A stretch of 64,000 bases of DNA from Candidatus Poseidoniaceae archaeon (lineage in GTDB: Archaea; Thermoplasmatota; Poseidoniia; Poseidoniales; Poseidoniaceae). Where the stretch lies: contig CALSPS010000003.1 in NCBI GenBank assembly GCA_943788295.1, positions 117,287 through 181,286 of the forward strand. The letters are read 5' to 3'. Below the pieces are notes generated by a model. The model was not told the origin of the DNA and searched no databases. It saw only the letters and a list, made by a program, of their open reading frames with translations. Shown here one piece after another: positions 28,101 through 35,805 of the stretch; the first letter of the stretch is position 1; each line of letters starts with the position of its first letter. The translations under genes were made by a program, and so were the position numbers.

Positions 28101-30465
28101 TATCGAGTGTTCCTGTTGGGAATTCACACACCCCGATGTTGGTTGCGGCGTAGACGTTCGAACCAACAACAACAAAATCAAAGAATTGCTGTGGGCGCTC
28201 ATCCCAGTTTCTTCCAATTTGGAAGGAATTAGCGGTGGAACTTGCCTCATTCCATTCAACGGCGCCAAAGGAGGTGCCAATGTACAAGACATTCCCATTG
28301 GCTTCGAGAGCATAGATGTTGTCCGATGGCAAGATCTCAGTGGAGCTACCGCCGCCAGAATTGCTTGACTCCGTAAGTGGAAGAAGGATCTCATTCGTGG
28401 AAAGGTCTTTGCGCGCCACACCGTAGCCAGGGATTCCAAAGTACAGAATGTCACCAACTACGGCGACAGGGACATCGTTTGCACCGTTGATGCCCGTCGA
28501 AATCCAGGGTGTAAGCCAAGTATCATTGGCGATATCATAGCGCAGCAATCCGTCGTTCTGAGTGCCTACATAGGCAACGTTCGCGTGAATCGCTGCATCG
28601 GTTACAGAACCGCTGTCCAAGGTCAGGCTTTCATAGACAACGGGCAGCGCCCCAGTGAGGTTAATGGCAAGGAATTCTCCATAAAATTCGTTGAGCACAA
28701 CCAAGGTTGAGCCGTCCGATTGGACGACGGTCACTTCGCTGCTTGAGAGCGCCGTGTTTGTCGTGTCCCAAGTTTGGAGCACAGTTCCATTGGCGTGCAT
28801 TTGGTGAGCCCCGTTGTCTGCGGCAATGTAGACGTGGTTTCCATCGTTGCTCAGTCTGTTGAGGTCGGCGCCGATGAATATAGGTTCAATCCAACGGGAT
28901 GCTTGAGTGTCGAAGCGATTGAGGTATTGATCATCAGTCGCAACAAACAACACCTCGTTGAGTTCGGTTGAATCAATCATCTGACCGGATGTTGGTCCAC
29001 TTCCCAACAAGAGAACGCCTGTGTTGAGCGGCGTAGATCCGGGCGTCAATTCAACCAGCGCCCCGTAGCCGTCGCTCACGAGGATCAATTCTGAACCTGG
29101 CGAGCGTGTTCCTGTGTTTGGCCAGAGGATCAGCTCATCACCAGCGCCTGCAAGACCGAAAGCATCGATGGTTTGGGAGCCAGAGAACACATTGCTTGCT
29201 GCGTTGTAGGTGTGAAGGGCATCGCCGTTGAGGATGTAGAGCGTGTTGCCTGAACGGGCCAAGCCTGTGACGTCGTTGCTCGAAAGCCAGTTACCGCTGT
29301 TCCATGTTGACAGCCAGAACCCAGAACTCCAGTCATATCGGGCAAGACCAGCATCGCTCGAAGCCATCACCAGTTGATTGCCGGAGACAAGCATGGAAGT
29401 GATTTCATCAGAATGCAATGAATTGGCAGTTGACCAATCCGAGAGCATCACGCCGTTGGCAACGGAGTAACGCATCACGCCGTCTCCGTCGGTGGCAATG
29501 TAGAGGACGCCATCGACTTCAAGCATATCAAGAATGTTCGATCCACCCAGCGCATCAATCTCACTCCAGGCTCCCGAAATCCAAGAAAACAGGCCACTTT
29601 CACCAGCAGCGAAAACGCCTCCACTGGTGACGGTAAATTGGTCCATGTCGATGAATTCCTGGTCTTCAGAATCAGGTAGGACCACTTGGCTGCTTGAATC
29701 CATGAGGGAAATTGCACTGAAGCCTTCATCGTTGGTCAGGAAGTGAATCATGTTGTTTGCCGCGTCGATTTCCATGTCAAGGACATCGCTTTCAAATTCA
29801 ATCATGTCAATGATTGGAGGGTCGTTGTTGTAATCTAAAACAAGCACGTCATCGAGGATTGCGAGGTACATTCGCCCGTCGTCTGGATGAATGGCCTTAG
29901 CTCCGATTTCCAGTTGAATTGGTTCGAATGAAACGGCCGGGTCCACGGGGGCCAGTGCTTCGATCACCAAGTCGGTGATTGTCGCATCCGACGGAATGGT
30001 CCATGTTGCGCCTGAATCACTGTTCGGTGTGAGCCTTCCGTCGTAGGGGTTTGCTCCAACAAAGCTGTCGGAGGAACCAAAGGAACCAAGCCCTCGCCAG
30101 TCCAACAGATTGATGCCAATATCGTTGGCCAACAACATTGGCTCCTCGATCATCAAGCCATCGCTCCCGTTGACTCGGACTTGGAAGGAAACATTGGACA
30201 GATCAGCACCAGGCGCAAACTCTAGGGTCCAATCTGCGCTTGCTTGAGTCCCAGTTGTTGGGTCGGCGCCAATGGCGTCCAATTGAACCCAACCTGTGTC
30301 GTTGCTGCCAGACTTCGGCCATACCGTGTCATTGGCCGATTCGTGGGCTGAAACACCAGGGACCATCATCATCGGGGCAACCGATGAACAGAGCATTATG
30401 GCAACCAGCATCAGGGCTCTTTTGCCGGCGCCGCCGGGGGAAATGGGAGCAATTCGCCGGTTCAT
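22120..30465 (-). CDS. Giant (~2780 aa) membrane-anchored surface protein: beta-propeller repeats + FnIII-like repeats + C-terminal TM and P/Q-rich tail
   Basis: Signal-like N-terminus; recurrent W-x4/5-(G)LPSN-x-V propeller motifs; DxPxDxG repeats; TM LLAAGLFFAAIILFIAVV; ATG 30465 preferred. Confidence 0.85.
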   Translation of the reverse strand: MNRRIAPISPGGAGKRALMLVAIMLCSSVAPMMMVPGVSAHESANDTVWPKSGSNDTGWVQLDAIGADPTTGTQASADWTLEFAPGADLSNVSFQVRVNGSDGLMIEEPMLLANDIGINLLDWRGLGSFGSSDSFVGANPYDGRLTPNSDSGATWTIPSDATITDLVIEALAPVDPAVSFEPIQLEIGAKAIHPDDGRMYLAILDDVLVLDYNNDPPIIDMIEFESDVLDMEIDAANNMIHFLTNDEGFSAISLMDSSSQVVLPDSEDQEFIDMDQFTVTSGGVFAAGESGLFSWISGAWSEIDALGGSNILDMLEVDGVLYIATDGDGVMRYSVANGVMLSDWSTANSLHSDEITSMLVSGNQLVMASSDAGLARYDWSSGFWLSTWNSGNWLSSNDVTGLARSGNTLYILNGDALHTYNAASNVFSGSQTIDAFGLAGAGDELILWPNTGTRSPGSELILVSDGYGALVELTPGSTPLNTGVLLLGSGPTSGQMIDSTELNEVLFVATDDQYLNRFDTQASRWIEPIFIGADLNRLSNDGNHVYIAADNGAHQMHANGTVLQTWDTTNTALSSSEVTVVQSDGSTLVVLNEFYGEFLAINLTGALPVVYESLTLDSGSVTDAAIHANVAYVGTQNDGLLRYDIANDTWLTPWISTGINGANDVPVAVVGDILYFGIPGYGVARKDLSTNEILLPLTESSNSGGGSSTEILPSDNIYALEANGNVLYIGTSFGAVEWNEASSTANSFQIGRNWDERPQQFFDFVVVGSNVYAATNIGVCEFPTGTLDIEECLNVYDGMPNWATYSIGVGISNTYLFGGTNSGVGIITISPFDVVGEWTAGEQTNNAPVVVVGDVAFIALDGIGIARYDIPNDEWLTLWTDDNFLDNGNEDATALSVDINPNYIWIGGADGFQLLNATTGAEVYDIEKSSSLFAGNGDPLDMILKGNIMYYHDGASSDNLYRFDAQNFTALSALDAGAQIGQNNGDVNGMGLIGDIIMISVASQNWWQVDGSGGIAQFNTSNGSWGENILPIGQVDRVTAYQSSTGNMWVSWGENSLQYMDANGTLLGEWDDDDFEFPIREIIEYDGEVLFATEEGVARFNESSNQWLTTWEEGSGLPNNAGEQIYELWTDGTNLVIGGGEVSGFGQFRNGAISHWDGTTWNDYSTGQNGIPNGYPITMTECAGLLHIGIYANNGGVARFDMANDSFLGTFTTSDWNENYGEVSGVACDSTDTLYVSFYEDEADVKKYSYPSNAWVSPITTVNHNLPSDRVWWDAIDYANGMLVLGHGIGTSGDNIIGGGYSAVATSGSSTAQVNFNGQGSSVTSFQWLTNEWLVGQAGGSSGYSHVDTISSLGQNTLLDFPGLVSGQVTSMAGNSTHIWVATEGASQGFGQNGASSGAGLLQGERLADGTIDWQDGWTMTANSVAKDMELIGTDLYITTTPTGLYKLDTLNGMVMRLNGGLHSNMDGLFVNGNTLVIGLQGSSGSAAGVQLYDLATGFGNGKLLGGLPSNVINAFAETSSTLYIATNGGVGRWDYAASDWMNPLTTSDGLPTNVVEDIQVIGTDVWMATAAGVVKMDTLTNATTLYSSGTGLMATSAQSLTTATQTTTDDTGTTTTVTTLFIGHDGAGAERPGVTSVEDTSGAIQWHKFDQLPSNTIGALASDWWGLHIATDVGPMTHYNGQSNQLEDGVPSFQVAGWPIQKMISDGDHVLAIGENGASILSARTPTHATLKVFQETDLTGGTITSDAVWLTTGEIGLFGFENNAQYTEMDRFTLRKANPLNVGFNLQSLDISDMTHPGMAIQLADLDNPVTLDPSFGVEGTNGILFQTVPLAFTSPVNYAATWAKSVSLKYNATIELNNNPGFETTMQLAVDNGIIVNGTQFVQLTLRSPANGSMHVRLIYDYVKTETPIALSELIDRPDDGGGALIAEWSLVHDDDFARYLVYVNEGAVWDPSGITVDYLSTRTVDKAISLHSRLSSEVTTANGIDLVDGTDYYAVVVVEYDDGRLGVPSPVIGPASPSDEVPLPPIWATAGPHEGGEDGDLDVEWSRCTSLDLLQTNIYASTQPMTDVLGLTPEAGVMRMEGNSTVLSLSPGQPYWLGLTCVDEAGQEDLMNALIVGPFVPTGGLNDNTPPPKMENVAAIDTPDDEGGRITVSWDANPAEDCTFYTIFMRTWDEAETPIDQSSMQMITDYGFTQAKIINDCSEESAIVTSIDGVALQDGQSYYVGVVAYDDWLNANLVDVTLVQVTPLRNTAGTGTTPDRVSTVQAFDHPDDDGTAIDVLWSISDADDFSHYTVWAADQPIADLTTAWAAFGQDPERCGCLKINKQWVDEDFNPIEITLTSALYSGTTNMMDLTSATPQLIQPGIELFVVVTVHDLSGNVHLTDLVEATVTPIDNEQDTEAPARLESLELVDRPSDDGSALLLDFELSDASDVGSYEVYAATWSFTSVGTGTLGPSAPIAILARSPDLPLTIDLVAGDTPVIPGQEIWAVVVVRDTSGNALTSDLVVVSSQSVDDGVDERGDYLPDVSGVTLSWVDESNILVTWTLSSDDSIENYVIYIAEDEYDTTLEATWLADVKASNSFLITAEIFEDLTNASAWYVGVTVQDNLFEKQAINPQKIDPVKGEGDDSTLPGDGNDGADFSSLLTTPNLLAAGLFFAAIILFIAVVRTRGNQRSRSKSWELQEATWGIQDDQGWGDASPATPPAAAPPMAPAAAPAADMYAPQQTQQDIYGRPAYQPAQPVMQPVQNNELLNELGAGPAPKQPSKGIDTSFLDDLL

Positions 30466-30545
30466 GATACCAGAGCGGACTTTTGGGGTATTTGAACGCG
30501 GCCCCCAATCGTGCAATCGTTGCTCATTTGTCTTTGCAGGCGTTC

Positions 30546-30656
30546 AACGGCGTGGTCGGGTAGCAATCCAGCGTTTGGAGTGCTCATTAGGGGGTGTGTT
30601 TTCAGCATCAACTGTCCCGTTGACACACAACACTCAAACACCGAACCACGTTCGTT
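30546..30656. ncRNA. Candidate structured cis-regulatory RNA (or inverted-repeat element) upstream of maeB
   Basis: Nested complementary segments: 30546-59/30641-56, 30573-82/30631-39, 30594-98/30624-28, 30608-12/30619-23. Confidence 0.45.
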
Positions 30657-30669
30657 TAGTTTGGTTACC

Positions 30670-32991
30670 ATGAATCGAGAGAAAAAGGAGCGGCTGCTCA
30701 AGAAAGAATCTCTCGAGTACCACGAGGCTGAGCCGAGGGGTAAAATCAAGGTCGTTCCAACCAAACCACACAGTACAGCTCATGAACTCAGTCTTGCGTA
30801 TTCACCGGGTGTTGCCTATCCTTGTTTGGAGATTGCCGAACGCCCTGAAGATGCCTACCGTTACACTTCGAAAGGGAATTTGGTCGCCGTTATTTCAAAC
30901 GGTACAGCAGTCTTAGGGTTAGGAAACATCGGTGCTTTAGCAAGCAAACCAGTCATGGAAGGAAAGGGCCTGTTGCTGAAGACATTTGCAGACATCGACG
31001 TGTTTGACATTGAAGTGGATACAGAAGACCCTGAAGCCTTCATCGATACTGTTGTCAACATTGCTAAGACCTTTGGAGGGATTAACCTTGAAGACATCAA
31101 AGCCCCTGAGTGTTTCGAAATTGAACGGCGGATTGCAGAAGCAACCGACATCCCCGTGATGCATGACGATCAACATGGTACTGCAATTATCTCCGCAGCA
31201 GCGTTGCTCAACGCCGTTGAGTTGCAAGGAAAGGAACTCTCTGAAATCAAGGTGGTTGTCATCGGGGCGGGCGCCAGTGCGATTGCTTGCGCAAATCATT
31301 ACGTTGCCATCGGCGTTTCAAGATCGAACATTTCAATGGTTGACAGCAAAGGAATCGTCACTAAGGCAAGGTTGGAAGCGGGTGAACTCAACGAGTACAA
31401 AGCCCCATTCGCCCATGAGCGCGAGCCCGGTGAATTGGCTGACGCATTGAAAGACGCAGATGTCATGCTGGGCCTTTCAAGAGGCGGTTTAGTGAGCAAA
31501 GAAATGATCGCCAGCATGGCGCCAAAACCGATTGTGTTTGCTTTGGCAAACCCAACACCGGAAATATTACCCGAGGAAATTCTCGAAGTGCGCACAGATG
31601 CAATCATTGCGACAGGGCGCTCAGATTACCCCAATCAAGTCAACAACGTGTTGGGCTTCCCATACATTTTCCGTGGCGCGCTTGACGTTCGCGCTCGAGA
31701 CATCACTCAAGGCATGAAGATGGCAGCAACGCGTGCACTTGCAGCCTTGGCCAAAGAACCGGTACCTGATTACATCTCTGCCGCATACGATGGCGCAGTG
31801 ATGCAGTATGGCCCCGACTATATCATTCCAAAACCCTTTGATCGAAGGGTCTTGCTTTGGGAGGCTTCTGCAGTGGCACAAGCGGCTGTCGATGAAGGCA
31901 TTGCAGGTGTGGCCCCAGAAGAGTTCTCCATCACCGATTACCGAGACGAATTGGAAGCAAGGCTTGGGCAATCTTACTCAATCATGCGACACGTCATCAA
32001 TCAGGTACGCGGCCGAGGAAAGCGGATTGTGTTCCCCGAAGGAGACAATGAAAAGGTGATCCGAGCCGCTGCTCAACTGGTCGAGCAAAAAATATGCTAT
32101 CCAATTCTGTTGGGCCCAGAAAAGCGCATACATCGAATGGTCGATGAGCTGAGTTTGACGTTTGATTACGAAGTCTATGACCCGAGAAAGGACGAACGCC
32201 GGAAGGGCGTGTACTCTCAATCCATGCTCGAGCGTCGAAACCGAAAGGGAATGACGGTCGTCGATGCTGCGCGGTTGTTGAAATCCCGTCCTTACTTTGC
32301 CAGCCAGATGGTGGCCAACGGTGATGCAGATGGATTCGTAGGAGGTGTGAGCCGGAACTATGCTGATGTGCTTCGTCCGACCCTTGAGTTGATTGGGGCA
32401 GATGACGACGCTCATTGCATCGTTGGTTGCTACATGATGAATGTGAAAGGACGCACAATCTTCCTTGCAGACGCAACAGTCAACGTGTACCCGGACAGCA
32501 GAACACTTGCAGAAATAGCCGTGCAGACTGCCAAAGTCGCTCGACGCTTTGGTGTTGATCCCGTGGTTGCTATGCTTTCGTTCTCCAATTTCGGGAGCAG
32601 CCGTGCTCAACGGTCTGAACGGATTGAAGATGCGATTGAATTTGCCCGTGAACTTGACCCTTCTCTGGTCATCGACGGTCCAATGCAAGCCGACACCGCC
32701 CTCAATGGAGACGTACAAGGCGAATACCCATTCATGGCTTTCGAAGGTGCTGCAAATGTCCTCGTTTTACCGAACCTAGCAGCAGCAAACATCGCTTACA
32801 AACTGCTTGAAGAACTGGGGGATGCAGAAATGACCGGTCCTATTTTGGAAGGCATGAGTCACCCAGTCCAACTTGTTGCTCGACAGGATGGTGTGCGTCA
32901 CATTGTCAATATGGCAGCCATTTGTGCTGCTGACGCTATCCGTCAGGAACCATACTGGGAAAGTTTGGTTGAACCAGTCAAGGAGTCTTAG
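30670..32991 (+). CDS. maeB: NADP-dependent malic enzyme with C-terminal phosphotransacetylase-like domain
   Basis: LSLAYSPGVA, NGTAVLGLGNIG, KPVMEGK, INLEDIKAPECF, HDDQHGTA, TGRSDYPNQVNN; PTA domain RIVFPEG, DGPMQADTAL, PNLAAANIAYK. Confidence 0.95.
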   Translation: MNREKKERLLKKESLEYHEAEPRGKIKVVPTKPHSTAHELSLAYSPGVAYPCLEIAERPEDAYRYTSKGNLVAVISNGTAVLGLGNIGALASKPVMEGKGLLLKTFADIDVFDIEVDTEDPEAFIDTVVNIAKTFGGINLEDIKAPECFEIERRIAEATDIPVMHDDQHGTAIISAAALLNAVELQGKELSEIKVVVIGAGASAIACANHYVAIGVSRSNISMVDSKGIVTKARLEAGELNEYKAPFAHEREPGELADALKDADVMLGLSRGGLVSKEMIASMAPKPIVFALANPTPEILPEEILEVRTDAIIATGRSDYPNQVNNVLGFPYIFRGALDVRARDITQGMKMAATRALAALAKEPVPDYISAAYDGAVMQYGPDYIIPKPFDRRVLLWEASAVAQAAVDEGIAGVAPEEFSITDYRDELEARLGQSYSIMRHVINQVRGRGKRIVFPEGDNEKVIRAAAQLVEQKICYPILLGPEKRIHRMVDELSLTFDYEVYDPRKDERRKGVYSQSMLERRNRKGMTVVDAARLLKSRPYFASQMVANGDADGFVGGVSRNYADVLRPTLELIGADDDAHCIVGCYMMNVKGRTIFLADATVNVYPDSRTLAEIAVQTAKVARRFGVDPVVAMLSFSNFGSSRAQRSERIEDAIEFARELDPSLVIDGPMQADTALNGDVQGEYPFMAFEGAANVLVLPNLAAANIAYKLLEELGDAEMTGPILEGMSHPVQLVARQDGVRHIVNMAAICAADAIRQEPYWESLVEPVKES

Positions 32992-33787
32992 ATTCCACGT
33001 CATCAAAGGCGATGGTTGGCCTACGTGGTCTCCAAAAGGCACCCGTAACAAACCCGGCACAGAGGCCTCCAAACAGGAGGTTAGCCCAACCGGTGAATGC
33101 ATAATCGCCCATGCCCCGGAGAACGGGAATGGCAAATGAAGGAATCACACCAAGCAAAAGCGTGCAGATCAATTCCATGCGTATGTTCGCCGCCATATCT
33201 GCTGCAACTGGGACCTTTTTTTCCGGCCCTTCACGGATTGGGGCGATGACCAATCTTGCGACGACACCTCCGATTGGTCGGTCCAGTGGTACGCTTGAAA
33301 GAGCAGTGATGCCCTCTTTGCTGGGATGTGTTTCGATGGCAGCCCGGTGGAGTGCCATTGGACCGATGCCTTCGAAACGACGAGGTCTTCCATCCATCAT
33401 GGCACCTCGGTAATTCGAATTGACCGCGTCGGCGAGGATTTCGATCTGCTTTTTCTCAAGACCAAGTCCGAATTCGGCTTCGGCGCAACGCCATTCTGAT
33501 TCAGTAGGGTTTCGCACTTCCCATCGGGTGGCAGCATCCAATCCTTCAATGCCTTGTTCAACCGCAGCATTACCGGCTTGCATAATGCGTTTTAGGACTT
33601 CAACATCGACATTGAAAAGTGCTTCAGAGTTGCCGCCTTCAGTTCCCGAAAGCAGAGCCACATCGCGTTCGCTCAAGGGGGCGTTCATGATGTAATAATT
33701 CGGCAACCTGACCTCGTGACGTGGCCTTTGGCTCGAGTAAATCCAACCGCCCTTATCGGTGCCCAAGAACATCGTTTGCGCTTTCAC
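32978..33787 (-). CDS. Degenerate FGE/SUMF1 (sulfatase-modifying factor)-fold protein with two C-terminal TM helices
   Basis: PRHEVRLPNYYI (cf. P.H.V.l..F.i) and RNPTESEWRCA (cf. RLPTEAEWEYA); hydrophobic C-terminus; start uncertain. Confidence 0.55.
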   Translation of the reverse strand: MKAQTMFLGTDKGGWIYSSQRPRHEVRLPNYYIMNAPLSERDVALLSGTEGGNSEALFNVDVEVLKRIMQAGNAAVEQGIEGLDAATRWEVRNPTESEWRCAEAEFGLGLEKKQIEILADAVNSNYRGAMMDGRPRRFEGIGPMALHRAAIETHPSKEGITALSSVPLDRPIGGVVARLVIAPIREGPEKKVPVAADMAANIRMELICTLLLGVIPSFAIPVLRGMGDYAFTGWANLLFGGLCAGFVTGAFWRPRRPTIAFDDVESKTP

Positions 33788-33835
33788 TGGGTGAAAGTCA
33801 ATTCCTAAAACATCGATTGGTCCCAGGTGAATCCC

Positions 33836-34558
33836 TCACTGGAGTGTTCCTTCCATGCGACGATACCAAGCCATCCCTTTCTTGTGGTCTTCAAGCAAGG
33901 AAAACTGTGGGAATGGGGAGATTGAGCGCGCATAGCCGAACATCGCGAAGTCAACCAAGTCCGGGGAATCTCCCCCAAAGAATGCATGGTCGCCGTGTTC
34001 ATCTGTAAATTCGGTCAAGAGATCATGCCACAGTTTTTTCGGAGTTCGCCCGTCTTTCTTGACTCGCTTTCGAGCGATAATGCCCCACATGATTGGGAAG
34101 CCTGCCCATGCATAGAGCCGCTTAGAAATGAAACCGAATTTTTCTAGTTTTGAAATTCGAGTCGTTGTTTTCAAGGCAGCCCCAAGTGTTCCATACAAGA
34201 TTGGAACCGTCGCCTTGGAAACCTTTGCGTCCGCCCACTCGAGCCATTTCTCTTGGCGAGCTGCATCCCCCTTAGAGGCCAGCTTACCGTCGTTATAAGC
34301 GGCATCAATGTGTTTCATAACCGGGGTGGAATTGACAAAATATTCTCCGTTCTCGTCGGTAAAGACCGGTACTTTCCCCCAATCTCCTGCGAAGGAGACT
34401 TCTTTCTTGATCTTCATACCGTTGACACTGACGTACTCAACTTCCATGCCGAGGTGTTCGATGACCCCACGGACCTTCCAACAGAAGGGGCAGGTGTAGA
34501 GCATGTGGAGGGTTGGGGTTTGACCCATGATGCACCCTGCAGGCGGCCCCTTCTTCAA
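33836..34558 (-). CDS. Glutathione S-transferase/glutaredoxin, prostaglandin E synthase 2-like
   Basis: YTCPFCWKVR, GKVPV, NSTPV, FFGGDSPDLVDFAMFG. Confidence 0.8.
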   Translation of the reverse strand: MKKGPPAGCIMGQTPTLHMLYTCPFCWKVRGVIEHLGMEVEYVSVNGMKIKKEVSFAGDWGKVPVFTDENGEYFVNSTPVMKHIDAAYNDGKLASKGDAARQEKWLEWADAKVSKATVPILYGTLGAALKTTTRISKLEKFGFISKRLYAWAGFPIMWGIIARKRVKKDGRTPKKLWHDLLTEFTDEHGDHAFFGGDSPDLVDFAMFGYARSISPFPQFSLLEDHKKGMAWYRRMEGTLQ

Positions 34559-34896
34559 GCCTCGTTATCTGCTAAAGATGCAGGTTTCCAACCTGTTTTC
34601 CAAAAATCGAGATCATCAAGCCAATGCATCCATTCATCATCTGAACAACTCAGAAGGCGGAAGGCTCTCGCCTCAAGACCTTCTCGATTCGCCGGGCTTA
34701 GATGACCTATTTCCATAGCGTCGTGCCACTCCACTTGCATGTGACGAATTCGGCGTCTCGCTTCCTCGGGTTGTTCGAAATTCATCTCGCACACATCTCG
34801 TAGTTCGGAAATCCAAGTCCGGGCATCCTTCAACAGAGGGTCGTCAACTCGCGCCCGCTTGGATGACTTTTTCGAGGTGAACGGCCACCATCCCAT
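34555..34896 (-). CDS. Hypothetical protein (Trp-rich)
   Basis: 113-aa ORF with 4-nt overlap to downstream GST gene, divergent from FUN14 gene. Confidence 0.7.
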   Translation of the reverse strand: MGWWPFTSKKSSKRARVDDPLLKDARTWISELRDVCEMNFEQPEEARRRIRHMQVEWHDAMEIGHLSPANREGLEARAFRLLSCSDDEWMHWLDDLDFWKTGWKPASLADNEA

Positions 34897-34970
34897 GGTT
34901 TGGTGACGGGCCGAGAACCCTTAACGCCATCTATTAAAAGTCATATATTGGCCACTGTATTGGACGAAAC

Positions 34971-35291
34971 ATGGACTCAGAATTCTGGCTCGAATTACTC
35001 GGCGCGGCAGCGATTGAAGGTGTCCTCTTAGGGGCGGTACTTGGTTTGATTTGGGCGATGGCGACAAAAGCTCTGCAGTGGTTTTTACTCGGGCAATTCA
35101 TCCTCATGAAATGGTTGGAGTCCCGGGGCATACTGACTGTTGATTGGGGACGACTCACCATGGGAGTGATGGAAAATAGCGGTCAGGCTGTTGATGAGAT
35201 CGTATCCGTAATGGAATCTGTCGTGGAACTCGGAATGTTTGGGGCAAGCGTCGCGCTTGGATTCTACCTTGTTCATAAGGTAAAATCGTGA
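34971..35291 (+). CDS. FUN14-family membrane protein
   Basis: G-rich TM helices, [13 protein letters not shown] motif typical of FUN14; TATTAAAA TATA-like box ~30 nt upstream. Confidence 0.75.
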   Translation: MDSEFWLELLGAAAIEGVLLGAVLGLIWAMATKALQWFLLGQFILMKWLESRGILTVDWGRLTMGVMENSGQAVDEIVSVMESVVELGMFGASVALGFYLVHKVKS

Positions 35292-35758
35292 TGCAAGTTC
35301 ATCAACCATGGCGGACAGCCTCCAGCATGGGTCGAGTGGTTCTTCACCTTCACGGGACCATGAAACAACATGATCTACGACGTGTTTTCGAGATGTATCA
35401 TGAACGTCTTCAAAATCGAGGCGTTAAGGTCCGCATCCACTCAAACAAACTTTCCTGCAAAGCGTACTGTGAAGCGTTAAGCCAGGTGCCGGGGGCACTC
35501 TATCTCATGGATGAGGGAGGGGTGCTGGAACCATCCATTGCCTTCTCCAAAAGGTACCAAAAATGGAGCGTAGGCAGCGAGCCAATTCACCTTGCAATCG
35601 GGCCAGCTGAGGGCTGGACTGAGAGGCCAGATTGTCATTTTGAACGGCTTTCTCTTTCGCCGATGACCATGCCGCACGAACTTGCAAGCATTGTTTTGAT
35701 CGAACAGGTTTACCGTGCAACTGAAATTATTCGTGGTTCGGATTACCACAAGGCCTGA
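35288..35758 (+). CDS. rlmH: 23S rRNA m3-pseudouridine-1915 methyltransferase RlmH (SPOUT)
   Basis: [43 protein letters not shown]; true start may be ATG 35327. Confidence 0.85.
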   Translation: MMQVHQPWRTASSMGRVVLHLHGTMKQHDLRRVFEMYHERLQNRGVKVRIHSNKLSCKAYCEALSQVPGALYLMDEGGVLEPSIAFSKRYQKWSVGSEPIHLAIGPAEGWTERPDCHFERLSLSPMTMPHELASIVLIEQVYRATEIIRGSDYHKA

Positions 35759-35805
35759 CCAAAGGGTCAAGAAGCACCGAAGATTCCGAGAAACGGAGGC
35801 CCAGC

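Noticed and set aside
30546-30656. TPP riboswitch or hammerhead ribozyme (minus strand GCTGAAAACACACCC; CTAATGAG)
   Set aside because: Lacks the TPP CCUGAU...UAAU.CC.GCG.AGG half and has no thiamine gene context; the hammerhead GAAA does not follow stem II
30511-30669. 53-aa N-terminal extension of MaeB and overlap with the giant gene start
   Set aside because: MaeB homology starts at about ATG 30670; the region is intergenic and structured
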